This document shows positions 24,204-33,264 of a stretch of 33,264 nucleotides of DNA, piece by piece (the first letter of the stretch is position 1; every line of letters begins with the position of its first letter). The notes under the pieces were generated by a model. That model saw only the letters and a list, made by a program, of their open reading frames with translations. It had not been told where the DNA came from and did no database searches. This DNA is from an uncultured Chromatiaceae bacterium (GTDB taxonomy: Bacteria > Pseudomonadota > Gammaproteobacteria > Steroidobacterales > GCA-2729495): positions 1 through 33,264 of the forward strand of contig CAZISL010000028.1 in assembly GCA_964541975.1 (NCBI GenBank), written 5' to 3'. A program made the translations under genes and the position numbers.

Positions 24204-25052
24204 ATGCAAGCTATGGCGGTACGAAAAGAAGATGTAATGGTTGCGGATCGGCAAACAGCACCGACGATGGCCGAAATTGCGGACAGGCACGAACTCTACG
24301 AAGAGTCTGTGCAGTGCGTCGAAGAAGAATGCCTGTTCATTACCACCAACTTTCAGAAGATTCGTGGTCGCGCGCCAGTGAGTTTTCGTGAGGATTTCTG
24401 CGGAACCGCGAGCGCATGTTGCGAATGGGTGCGCGAGGGTGAGGGCAGAACGGCGATTGGCGTCGACTTCGATCCCGAGGTGCTGGCCTGGGGCCGAGCG
24501 AATCGCGTCAGCCGGCTCGGCGAAGAGCAAAAGCAGCGCGTCAAGCTGATCGAAGACAACGTACTGAGCGTCCAGACGGAAAAAGTCGACGTCGTCGGTG
24601 CCTTCAATTTCAGTTATTTCATTTTCCAGCAGCGGGAACTGATGAAGCAGTACTTCCGTTCAGTGTACGACTCGCTCAAGGACGACGGAATGTTCTTCCT
24701 CGATGCATTCGGTGGCTACGAAGCCTTCGAGGAAATGAAGGAAAAGACCAAGTACGACAATTTCACCTACATTTGGGAGCAGGCCGTCTACTACCCCGTC
24801 ACCGGTGAGATGACGTGCTATATCCACTTCAAATTCCCGGATGGGTCGAAGATGAAGCGAGCCTTCGAGTACACCTGGCGCCTGTGGACGCTACCGGAGA
24901 TCCTCGAAATGCTGTCTGAGACCGGTTTCAGGAACCCGACGGTCTACTGGGAAGGAACCGACGAGGACGACGAGGGCGATGGCGTATTCACGCCAGAGGC
25001 GAAAGGCGAGGCCGACGCAGGCTGGATTGCCTATATCGTTGCCGAAAAATAG
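24204..25052 (+). CDS. Class I SAM-dependent methyltransferase, substrate unknown
   Basis: A motif I-like FREDFCGTASAC and a post-I AIGVDFDPEVL, followed by VDVVGAFNFSYFIF. The ATG at 24204 is preceded by AAGGGAAG. The ORF-track start at 24132 overlaps dusA. Confidence 0.7.
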   Translation: MQAMAVRKEDVMVADRQTAPTMAEIADRHELYEESVQCVEEECLFITTNFQKIRGRAPVSFREDFCGTASACCEWVREGEGRTAIGVDFDPEVLAWGRANRVSRLGEEQKQRVKLIEDNVLSVQTEKVDVVGAFNFSYFIFQQRELMKQYFRSVYDSLKDDGMFFLDAFGGYEAFEEMKEKTKYDNFTYIWEQAVYYPVTGEMTCYIHFKFPDGSKMKRAFEYTWRLWTLPEILEMLSETGFRNPTVYWEGTDEDDEGDGVFTPEAKGEADAGWIAYIVAEK

Positions 25053-25138
25053 GTGCTTGGCTCCGGCCGGGTTTATTCCGGCCAGAACCGGGCCGGGATT
25101 ATGTCATATACTCTGCTCTGGAACTCATCGCGAAACCT

Positions 25139-26065
25139 ATGGCCAGTAACGTAGAAAGCGCTCCCGGAGAAACCCTCGTCACGATCCTGTTCGCCGACGT
25201 CGTTGGCAGTACGCAGTTGTACGAGGCCCTGGGCGATGAGGGCGCGCGGGAAACCGTCCAGAAGTGTGTCGAAATCATGAAGGAAGCCACCGATCAATAC
25301 GGTGGAACGGTGATCAAGACGATCGGCGACGAAGTCATGTCGACCTTTCCTTCTGCCGACGATGCAATGAATGCCGGCAGCCAGATGCAGAAGCGCATCA
25401 CTAACAACTACCAGCTCACGGACAGTGGCGTCCCGGTCTCGATTCGTATCGGCTGCCATTTCGGGCCGGTGGTCTTCGAGGATCGCGACATCTCCGGACT
25501 ATCGGTTATCACCGCCAACCGGATGACGTCGCAAGCCAAGTCTGGACAGATCATCACGACGGCGGTGACGGTCGAGCAGCTCAGCGGCGAATGGCGAGCG
25601 CTGGTCAGGCAGATCGATGTCGCGACCATGCGCGGTCAATCCGGCGAGGTCGCCGTGTTCGAAGTTCTGTGGCAGCCCGAAGAGGCGACGAGCATGTTGC
25701 CTTCGATCAAGATGGACAGGCCGCCCAGCGATTCGGTGGCGAAACTCGTCTTGCACTTCGGCGGTAAGGACGTGAAGCTCGGCGACGGTGTCCTGAAGAG
25801 CGCGACGCTCGGCCGGGCCGACGAAAACGACGTCGTCGTAAAGGGCAAGCTGATTTCGCGCATTCACGCGCGTATCGAGATGTCCAAGAACCGTTTTACG
25901 TTGATCGATGAGAGCACCAACGGCACGTTCGTTCAGCGCGACGACGGCGAAGAATTCTATGTGCGGCGTGACAGTACGGAGCTGACGGGGTCAGGAATCA
26001 TCAGCCTCGGCCGCGTCGCCAGCAAGGGCACCGAACTCGCGATCGACTACAAGATCGAAACCTGA
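25139..26065 (+). CDS. Class III nucleotidyl (adenylate/guanylate) cyclase domain fused to a C-terminal FHA domain
   Basis: Cyclase blocks are ILFADVVGST, VIKTIGDEVM and IGCHFGPVV. The FHA signature lies at residues about 201-292: LGRADEN, SRIHA and STNGTFV. Confidence 0.8.
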   Translation: MASNVESAPGETLVTILFADVVGSTQLYEALGDEGARETVQKCVEIMKEATDQYGGTVIKTIGDEVMSTFPSADDAMNAGSQMQKRITNNYQLTDSGVPVSIRIGCHFGPVVFEDRDISGLSVITANRMTSQAKSGQIITTAVTVEQLSGEWRALVRQIDVATMRGQSGEVAVFEVLWQPEEATSMLPSIKMDRPPSDSVAKLVLHFGGKDVKLGDGVLKSATLGRADENDVVVKGKLISRIHARIEMSKNRFTLIDESTNGTFVQRDDGEEFYVRRDSTELTGSGIISLGRVASKGTELAIDYKIET

Positions 26066-26084
26066 ATCCAGATTCAACCGTGAT

Positions 26085-26112
26085 CGGGGTCAGATCTTCA
26101 GATCTGACCCCG
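26085..26112. repeat. Perfect 12-bp-arm inverted repeat (REP-like hairpin) with no flanking T-run
   Basis: CGGGGTCAGATC TTCA GATCTGACCCCG, read directly from the sequence. Confidence 0.6.
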
Positions 26113-26118
26113 CGAGCG

Positions 26119-26148
26119 AAAAAAGGCGACCCACGGGTCGCCTTTTCT
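26119..26148. terminator. Bidirectional rho-independent terminator between the cyclase gene (+) and pckG (-)
   Basis: AAAAAAGGCGAC-CCACGG-GTCGCCTTTT. A GC stem is flanked by an A-run and a T-run, between convergent stops at 26065 and 26172. Confidence 0.85.
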
Positions 26149-26171
26149 CGTTCGGTGGTTGGCGCATTCCG

Positions 26172-27911
26172 TTAGCTAAGCGCATTCACCACTTTCTTGT
26201 GCTCCACCCGCAGGGCATCCGGAAGATGCTCTTCGAAACTGTCGAAGTATTCCTCGATCGCCGTGAACTCCTCGCGCCACTTGTCGTTATCGACGCTCAG
26301 CAGTGCCTCGAGATCGCCTTCTTGCAGGTCGAGGCCCGACGTGTCGATATCTTCCGGCAGCGGCAGAGCGCCGATCGGCGTGTCGACCGCGTGGGCGCGG
26401 CCCTCGCAACGCTCAATGATCCAGCGCAATACACGCAGGTTCTCGCCGAATCCAGGCCACAGGAAGCGGCCGTCATCGTCGCGGCGGAACCAGTTGACAT
26501 GGTAAATCGGCGGCAGGTTGTCGAATTTCTCCGAGAAGCCGAGCCAGTGTCCCCAGTACTGCGCGAAGTTATAGCCGCAGAAAGGCTTCATGGCCATCGG
26601 GTCGCGTCTGACGACGCCGACCTTGCCGATTGCGGCCGCGGTCGTCTCCGACGCCACGCTGGCGCCGATCAGTACGCCATGGTTCCAGTCCTTCGCCTCG
26701 TAAACCAGCGGCGCCAGTTCACGGCGCCGGCCGCCGAAGATGATCGCCGTGATCGGCACACCGGCCGGATCGTCGCTCAATGGCGAGTACTTCGAGTTGT
26801 TGGTGGCTGCGACCGTGAAGCGTGAATTTGGATGCGCCGCGGGTCCGTTGCCCGCTTTGTACGGCTTGCCCTGCCAGTCGATGGCCGGCTCGCCGACATT
26901 CTTTTCCTCCCACCACGGCTTGTTGTCCGCAGTGACCGCAACATTCGTGAAGATCGCGTTGTGCTGGATCATTTCAAATGCGGTGCGGTTCGTGTCTTCG
27001 TTGGTGCCGGGGACAACGCCGAAGTAACCGGCCTCCGGATTGATGGCCCGCATTTGGCCGTGGTCGTCGACGTGCAGCCAGGCGATGTCGTCGCCGAGCG
27101 TGCGAATCTTCCAGCCGGCCTGCGATTCCGGCGGCTCGAGCATCGCCAGGTTAGTCTTGCCGCAGGCAGACGGGAAGGCGGCCGCGAGGTAGTACTTCTT
27201 ACCCTCGGGGCTCTCGACTTCCATCAGCAGCATGTGTTCAGCCAGCCAGCCTTCGTCGCGTGCCTGCCAGCTGGCAATCCGCAGCGCATGGCATTTCTTG
27301 CCGAGTAGCGCGTTTCCGCCGTAACCGGAGCCGAAACTCTGGATCATCATCTCTTCCGGGAAGTGCATGATGAAGCGGCGCTCGGGATTCAGGTCGCCCG
27401 TCGAGTGCAACCCGCGCACGAAGCGGCCATCCTGCTCGATTCGGTGCAGCGCTTTCTCGCCCATGCGGGTCATGAGTTTCATATTGGCAACGACGTACGG
27501 ACTGTCGGTGATCTCGATGCCGAGGCGCGCGTACGGGGAGTCGATGGGGCCCATGCAGTAAGGGATCACGTACATGGTCCGGCCTTCCATGCAGCCGTCG
27601 TACAGCGCTTCCATCTTGGCGCGGGCCTCGTCGGGCTCCATCCAGTTGTTGTTCGGGCCGGCTTCGTCCCGGTGGGGCGTGCAGACGAAGGTCAGGTGCT
27701 CGACCCGAGCGACGTCGGTCGGGTCGGAGCGATGCAGGTAGCAGTTCTCGTAGTCGTCGTTCAGTTCGTGCAACAGGCCGCTGTCGAGCATCAGCCCGAT
27801 CATCTCCTGGTACTCTGCATCGCTGCCGTCACAAAGCTTGATTTCGGCGGCCTTCGTCAATTCGGCGACTTCGTGCACCCATCGCTCTAGTGAAACGTTC
27901 GTAGTCTGCAT
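26172..27911 (-). CDS. pckG: Phosphoenolpyruvate carboxykinase (GTP)
   Basis: 579 aa with FPSACGKTN (kinase-1a P-loop of GTP-PEPCK), GDDIAWL and NWFRRDDDGRFLWPGFGEN. GAGGTAAGG lies upstream of the ATG. Confidence 0.95.
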   Translation of the reverse strand: MQTTNVSLERWVHEVAELTKAAEIKLCDGSDAEYQEMIGLMLDSGLLHELNDDYENCYLHRSDPTDVARVEHLTFVCTPHRDEAGPNNNWMEPDEARAKMEALYDGCMEGRTMYVIPYCMGPIDSPYARLGIEITDSPYVVANMKLMTRMGEKALHRIEQDGRFVRGLHSTGDLNPERRFIMHFPEEMMIQSFGSGYGGNALLGKKCHALRIASWQARDEGWLAEHMLLMEVESPEGKKYYLAAAFPSACGKTNLAMLEPPESQAGWKIRTLGDDIAWLHVDDHGQMRAINPEAGYFGVVPGTNEDTNRTAFEMIQHNAIFTNVAVTADNKPWWEEKNVGEPAIDWQGKPYKAGNGPAAHPNSRFTVAATNNSKYSPLSDDPAGVPITAIIFGGRRRELAPLVYEAKDWNHGVLIGASVASETTAAAIGKVGVVRRDPMAMKPFCGYNFAQYWGHWLGFSEKFDNLPPIYHVNWFRRDDDGRFLWPGFGENLRVLRWIIERCEGRAHAVDTPIGALPLPEDIDTSGLDLQEGDLEALLSVDNDKWREEFTAIEEYFDSFEEHLPDALRVEHKKVVNALS

Positions 27912-28192
27912 GCCTTACCTCGGTGCGTTGTCCTGCTTTGGGTTGATTACCGGGCTGAATGGATTGAATTCTTATACGAGCCCGCGCGCGGGGAACGCGT
28001 ATTATACAGCCGGACATCGCGGGGTCAGCGTGAAAATCATTGCGTGAAACACTTACGTCAACACGTTGGTGTGGTCGGCTGTCGCCGAGTGCCCGGTGTT
28101 TTTGCGCATCGATCAAACCGCCTGCACGCCGGATCAAAACTTAGAGTTTTTCTGGAAATATTCTGTAAGTATCTGATAAATATCATTTAGTA

Positions 28193-30141
<1,949 letters not shown>

Positions 30142-30145
<4 letters not shown>

Positions 30146-30849
30146 ACCAGATCGGCCTGGAATCCGTGCCGGGGGGTTTTCGCTGCCTGGCGATCGAGAC
30201 ATCGTCGGCCGTTAGCACTATAGCGGCGTGTGCCGGGACCCGGATCGCGCGGGCCGAATACGGTTCGCCCGGCGAGCAATCCCGCCAGGTTTATTCGTGC
30301 GTGCGGGATGTTTTGCGCGACGTGTCGTTGGAGTTGAGCGACCTCGATTGCATCGCATTCGGCGCCGGGCCGGGCGGTTTCACGGGTCTGCGCGTCGGCG
30401 CGGCGGTCGCCCAGTCGCTCGCCTTCGGCAACGAACTACGAGTCTGCAGCGTGTCGAGCCTTGCCGTGCTGGCTGCCGGTGCGATGCGGCGCCACGGCGC
30501 GTCAGCCATTGCCGCGTGCGTCGACGCCCGCATGGGGGAGGTCTATCTCGGCGTCTACCGGACCGGCGAGGGCGGGCTCGTCGCCGAACGAACCGACCGG
30601 CTCGTCGATCCGGCGAAATTTACATTGACGTCCGCTACGGACGCTTCGCTGTTGGCCGCCGGGGGCGGCTGGTCGGCGTACCCGGAGATGCTGAACGCGA
30701 ACGCGTCGCTTATTTCGGCCAGCGATACCGATGCGTTTCCGGACGCAGCCGACCTGCTGATCCTGGCGGCGGCGGAGTTCGCCGCGGGCCGCACGATCGC
30801 GCCGCACGAGGCCGTCCCGAATTACGTGCGCAACGACGTGACGTCGTGA
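30142..30849 (+). CDS. tsaB: tRNA threonylcarbamoyladenosine (t6A) biosynthesis protein TsaB
   Basis: LAIETSSAVSTIAA..., FGAGPGGFTGLRVGAAVAQSLAF and PNYVRNDV. The ATG at 30142 overlaps the yoaA stop (ATGA). The ORF-track start at 30016 lies inside yoaA. Confidence 0.85.
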
Positions 30850-30887
30850 CACATTTCGGCCCCGTTTCGCGTTTAGAATAGGCGCCC

Positions 30888-31415
30888 ATGATCGACCTGA
30901 CGAATCCCCGAACCGGCAACCTCGCCGGTTTTCTGGCCTGCACCGGCATGATGGCTTTCGCGCTGTATGCGCAGCATGTGCTGGGCATGGAACCTTGTCC
31001 CCTGTGTGTTTTCTCGCGCGTCGCGACGATAACGCTCGGCGCCGTGTTCCTGGTCGCGGCGATCCACGGTGCGCGAGGCCGGATCGGCAAGGGTGTCTAC
31101 CTGGTGCTGGTCGCGCTCGCTGCGGCGGTGGGGGTTGGCATTTCCGCGCGCCATGTCTGGTTACAGAGCCTGCCAAAAGACCAGGTGCCTGCTTGTGGCC
31201 CCGATCTTGGCTTCATGCTCGAGACGTTTCCCCTGGCCGAGGTGCTGTCGACCGTTCTGTCGGGCTCCGGGGAATGCGCGGAGGTTTCATGGCGGCTATT
31301 GGGCCTGACGATGCCGGCGTGGGCACTCGTCGCGTTCGCGGTTCTGGGCGTGTGGGGAATCTGGGTCAACTGGCCGACGCGTGACGCTAGTCGGTCAACA
31401 GCATCTTCTCCATGA
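30888..31415 (+). CDS. dsbB: Disulfide bond formation protein B
   Basis: 175 aa with four TM segments, a first-loop CPLC (EPCPLCVFSR) and a second cysteine pair (PACGPD...GECAEVSW). Confidence 0.85.
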   Translation: MIDLTNPRTGNLAGFLACTGMMAFALYAQHVLGMEPCPLCVFSRVATITLGAVFLVAAIHGARGRIGKGVYLVLVALAAAVGVGISARHVWLQSLPKDQVPACGPDLGFMLETFPLAEVLSTVLSGSGECAEVSWRLLGLTMPAWALVAFAVLGVWGIWVNWPTRDASRSTASSP

Positions 31416-32520
31416 TCGACAGATAGACCTGTCGCAGGCGGTCGATGTCTGCGACCGCGACCTGCTCGTTGACCTTGTGAATCGTCGCGTTGATCGGGCC
31501 AAACTCGATCACATGCGTGCCGCTCGGTGCGATGAACCGGCCGTCCGACGTGCCCCCGCCAGTCGAGAATCCCGGCTCGACACCGGTGACTTCCAGCACG
31601 GCCGCGCGGCTCGCTTCGGCAAGCTTCTCGATCGGGGTCAGGAATGGTTCTCCGGACAGGTGCCATTCCAGCGTGTAACTCAGTCCGTGGGCATCGAAAA
31701 ACTGTTCGACGAACTGCTGCAATTTGCCGTACGTCCAGACCGTCGAGTAGCGGAAGTTGAAGCGTGCATACAGGGAGCCGGGAATCACGTTCGGCGCGCC
31801 CGCATCGCTCGCCAGTTTCACGACCTGGAAACTCGTCGGCGGAAAGAATTCGTTGCCCTCGTCCAGAGTATGCGCGAACAGTTCGGTCAGGACCGGTGCA
31901 AATCTCTGGATCGGATTGTCCGCGAGCTGCGGATAGGCGACGTGGCCCTGCTCTCCATGGACAGTCAGCATCCCGCTAAGCGATCCGCGCCGCCCGATCC
32001 GGATTACGTCTCCGAACTCGGCGTGGCACGAGGGCTCGCCGATGACGCACCACTCGATCCGTTCGCCCCGGTCTGACAGCGCTTCGATGACCTTCTTGGT
32101 GCCGTCGCGCGCACGGCCTTCCTCGTCGCTGGTGATCAGGAATGCGATGGAGCCCGCGTGCTGAGGATGACGTCCCACGAATTCCTCGGTCGCGACGACC
32201 ATGGCGGCGAGGCTCGCCTTCATGTCGGCGGCGCCGCGACCATACAGAACGCCATCCCGGATTTCCGGCGTGAACGGTTCAGTGTCCCACTGGTCGAGCG
32301 GGCCCGCGGGTACGACGTCCGTATGCCCGGCGAAGCAGAGAACCGGCCCGTCGGTACCGCGACGCGCCCAGAAGTTCTGCACCTCGCCAAAGGGCATGTC
32401 TTCGATCGAAAAGCCGAGTGCAGACAGCCGCTCGGCCATCAACTGCTGGCAACCTTTATCCTCCGGCGTAACGGATGCGCGGCTGATGAGTTCCTTGGTC
32501 AGGTCCAGCGTTCTGGTCAT
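31387..32520 (-). CDS. dapE: Succinyl-diaminopimelate desuccinylase
   Basis: 377 aa with LISRASVTPEDKGCQ, FAGHTDVVP and ITSDEEG (M20 peptidase metal ligands). It is full-length and DapE-like, and lies in a dapD-yffB-dapE arrangement. Confidence 0.95.
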   Translation of the reverse strand: MTRTLDLTKELISRASVTPEDKGCQQLMAERLSALGFSIEDMPFGEVQNFWARRGTDGPVLCFAGHTDVVPAGPLDQWDTEPFTPEIRDGVLYGRGAADMKASLAAMVVATEEFVGRHPQHAGSIAFLITSDEEGRARDGTKKVIEALSDRGERIEWCVIGEPSCHAEFGDVIRIGRRGSLSGMLTVHGEQGHVAYPQLADNPIQRFAPVLTELFAHTLDEGNEFFPPTSFQVVKLASDAGAPNVIPGSLYARFNFRYSTVWTYGKLQQFVEQFFDAHGLSYTLEWHLSGEPFLTPIEKLAEASRAAVLEVTGVEPGFSTGGGTSDGRFIAPSGTHVIEFGPINATIHKVNEQVAVADIDRLRQVYLSIMEKMLLTD

Positions 32521-32573
32521 TGGTCAGCGTCCGCGGTCTTGCTCGGTCGTCGCTTATCGCGTCGATCGTCGCG

Positions 32574-32921
32574 TTACTTGAGACCGAGTTCCTCGTATGC
32601 GTACTTGTCGAAGCCGAGCAGCAAATTGCTGCCCGTGTCGAGCACGGGGCGCTTCATCACGGTCGGGTAATTCAATATCAATTCCCGTGCCTTGCCCGCG
32701 TTGAGATCTTCGCGGTCGAACTGGGGAATCTTCCTCCATGTGATGCTGCGCTTGTTCAGCAGAGCTTCCCAGCCGAGTTTTTCCTGCCATTGTTCGAGGA
32801 TGGATTCTTCGACGCCTTCGGCTCGCACGTCGATGAATTCATATTTGATGTCGTGGTCGTCGAGCCAACGCGTCGCAAGCTGGCAGCTGCCGCAACTGCG
32901 GATCCCATATAGCGTTGTCAT
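32574..32921 (-). CDS. yffB: ArsC/Spx/MgsR-family small reductase-like protein (YffB type)
   Basis: 115 aa. MTTLYGIRSCGSCQLATRWL and the family-typical ...NKRSITWRK... are present. It lies next to dapE, as in E. coli. Confidence 0.82.
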   Translation of the reverse strand: MTTLYGIRSCGSCQLATRWLDDHDIKYEFIDVRAEGVEESILEQWQEKLGWEALLNKRSITWRKIPQFDREDLNAGKARELILNYPTVMKRPVLDTGSNLLLGFDKYAYEELGLK

Positions 32922-32993
32922 GGCTTAAGGTTTCGTTCCAAAACACAGATGTTGATCTGAGTAGCGCGGATTCGGGGCACGAAGCCGTCGCCG

Positions 32994-33264
32994 TTACTCG
33001 GAGCGTAACAGATCGTTGATCGCGGTTTTCGCGCGCGTCTTCTCGTCGACGCGTTTGACGATCACCGCGCAATACAAGCTGCACTCGCCGATCCTGGAGG
33101 GCAGCGTCCCCGGCACGACGACCGACCCGGCCGGCACGCGACCATAAATGATCTCGTCGTTTTCGCGGTCGTAAATCCGGGTGCTCTGACCGATGAACAC
33201 GCCCATCGATATGACGGCGCCGCGTTCCACGATGACGCCCTCGACAATCTCGGAGCGCGCACCG
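32994..33264 (-). CDS. dapD: 2,3,4,5-tetrahydropyridine-2,6-dicarboxylate N-succinyltransferase, C-terminal part (5' end outside the window)
   Basis: The frame stays open to the window edge: ...[52 protein letters not shown]...[19 protein letters not shown]. This is hexapeptide-repeat and DapD C-terminal sequence. The ORF-track start at 33230 is an internal GTG. Confidence 0.9.
   Translation of the reverse strand, partial: GARSEIVEGVIVERGAVISMGVFIGQSTRIYDRENDEIIYGRVPAGSVVVPGTLPSRIGECSLYCAVIVKRVDEKTRAKTAINDLLRSE

Noticed and set aside
28140-28192. AT-rich stretch upstream of the DinG-family helicase examined for a LexA (SOS) box
   Set aside because: CTG triplets recur at 28152, 28163 and 28173. 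There is no CTGT-N8-ACAG dyad, and no TTAG-N6-TACTA type box either. No SOS operator can be supported by eye.

Overview
This is a 33.3-kb chromosomal window from a GC-rich proteobacterium. The gene order (yoaA-tsaB, dapD-yffB-dapE, gltX near tRNA-Ala/tRNA-Glu) looks gamma/beta-proteobacterial; I cannot place it more finely by eye. The left third (0.6-12.3 kb) is an accessory exopolysaccharide block. It is built from families I recognise as the exosortase A (XrtA)/PEP-CTERM system-associated set: a coupled AlgD-like nucleotide-sugar dehydrogenase, AMP-forming ligase and PLP decarboxylase; a priming sugar transferase; a FemAB-like protein; an ExeA-like ATPase (here fused to a C-terminal FHA domain); a beta-barrel outer-membrane protein; a Wza-like export protein; and a 4'-phosphopantetheinyl transferase. 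A tRNA-Val gene sits inside this block. Next come gltX, an arsR-acr3-arsC cassette, a tRNA-Ala/tRNA-Glu operon and the cognate PrsK/PrsR two-component pair (PrsR is a sigma54 activator). The rest is housekeeping and metabolism: galE, an N-formylglutamate-amidohydrolase-family/YbdK-family pair, dusA, a methyltransferase, a class III cyclase-FHA fusion, pckG, yoaA, tsaB, dsbB, dapE, yffB and dapD. The window contains no exosortase gene, PEP-CTERM substrate gene, carrier protein, Ser/Thr kinase, transposase, integrase or CRISPR array. The most interesting material is the uncharacterised ligase/decarboxylase/FemAB-like/PPTase chemistry of the EPS block and the FHA-fused secretion-type ATPase. All family assignments come from by-eye motif recognition on the supplied translations, not from database searches. 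Family accessions are quoted from memory. Several start codons (TTG/GTG candidates) are uncertain.
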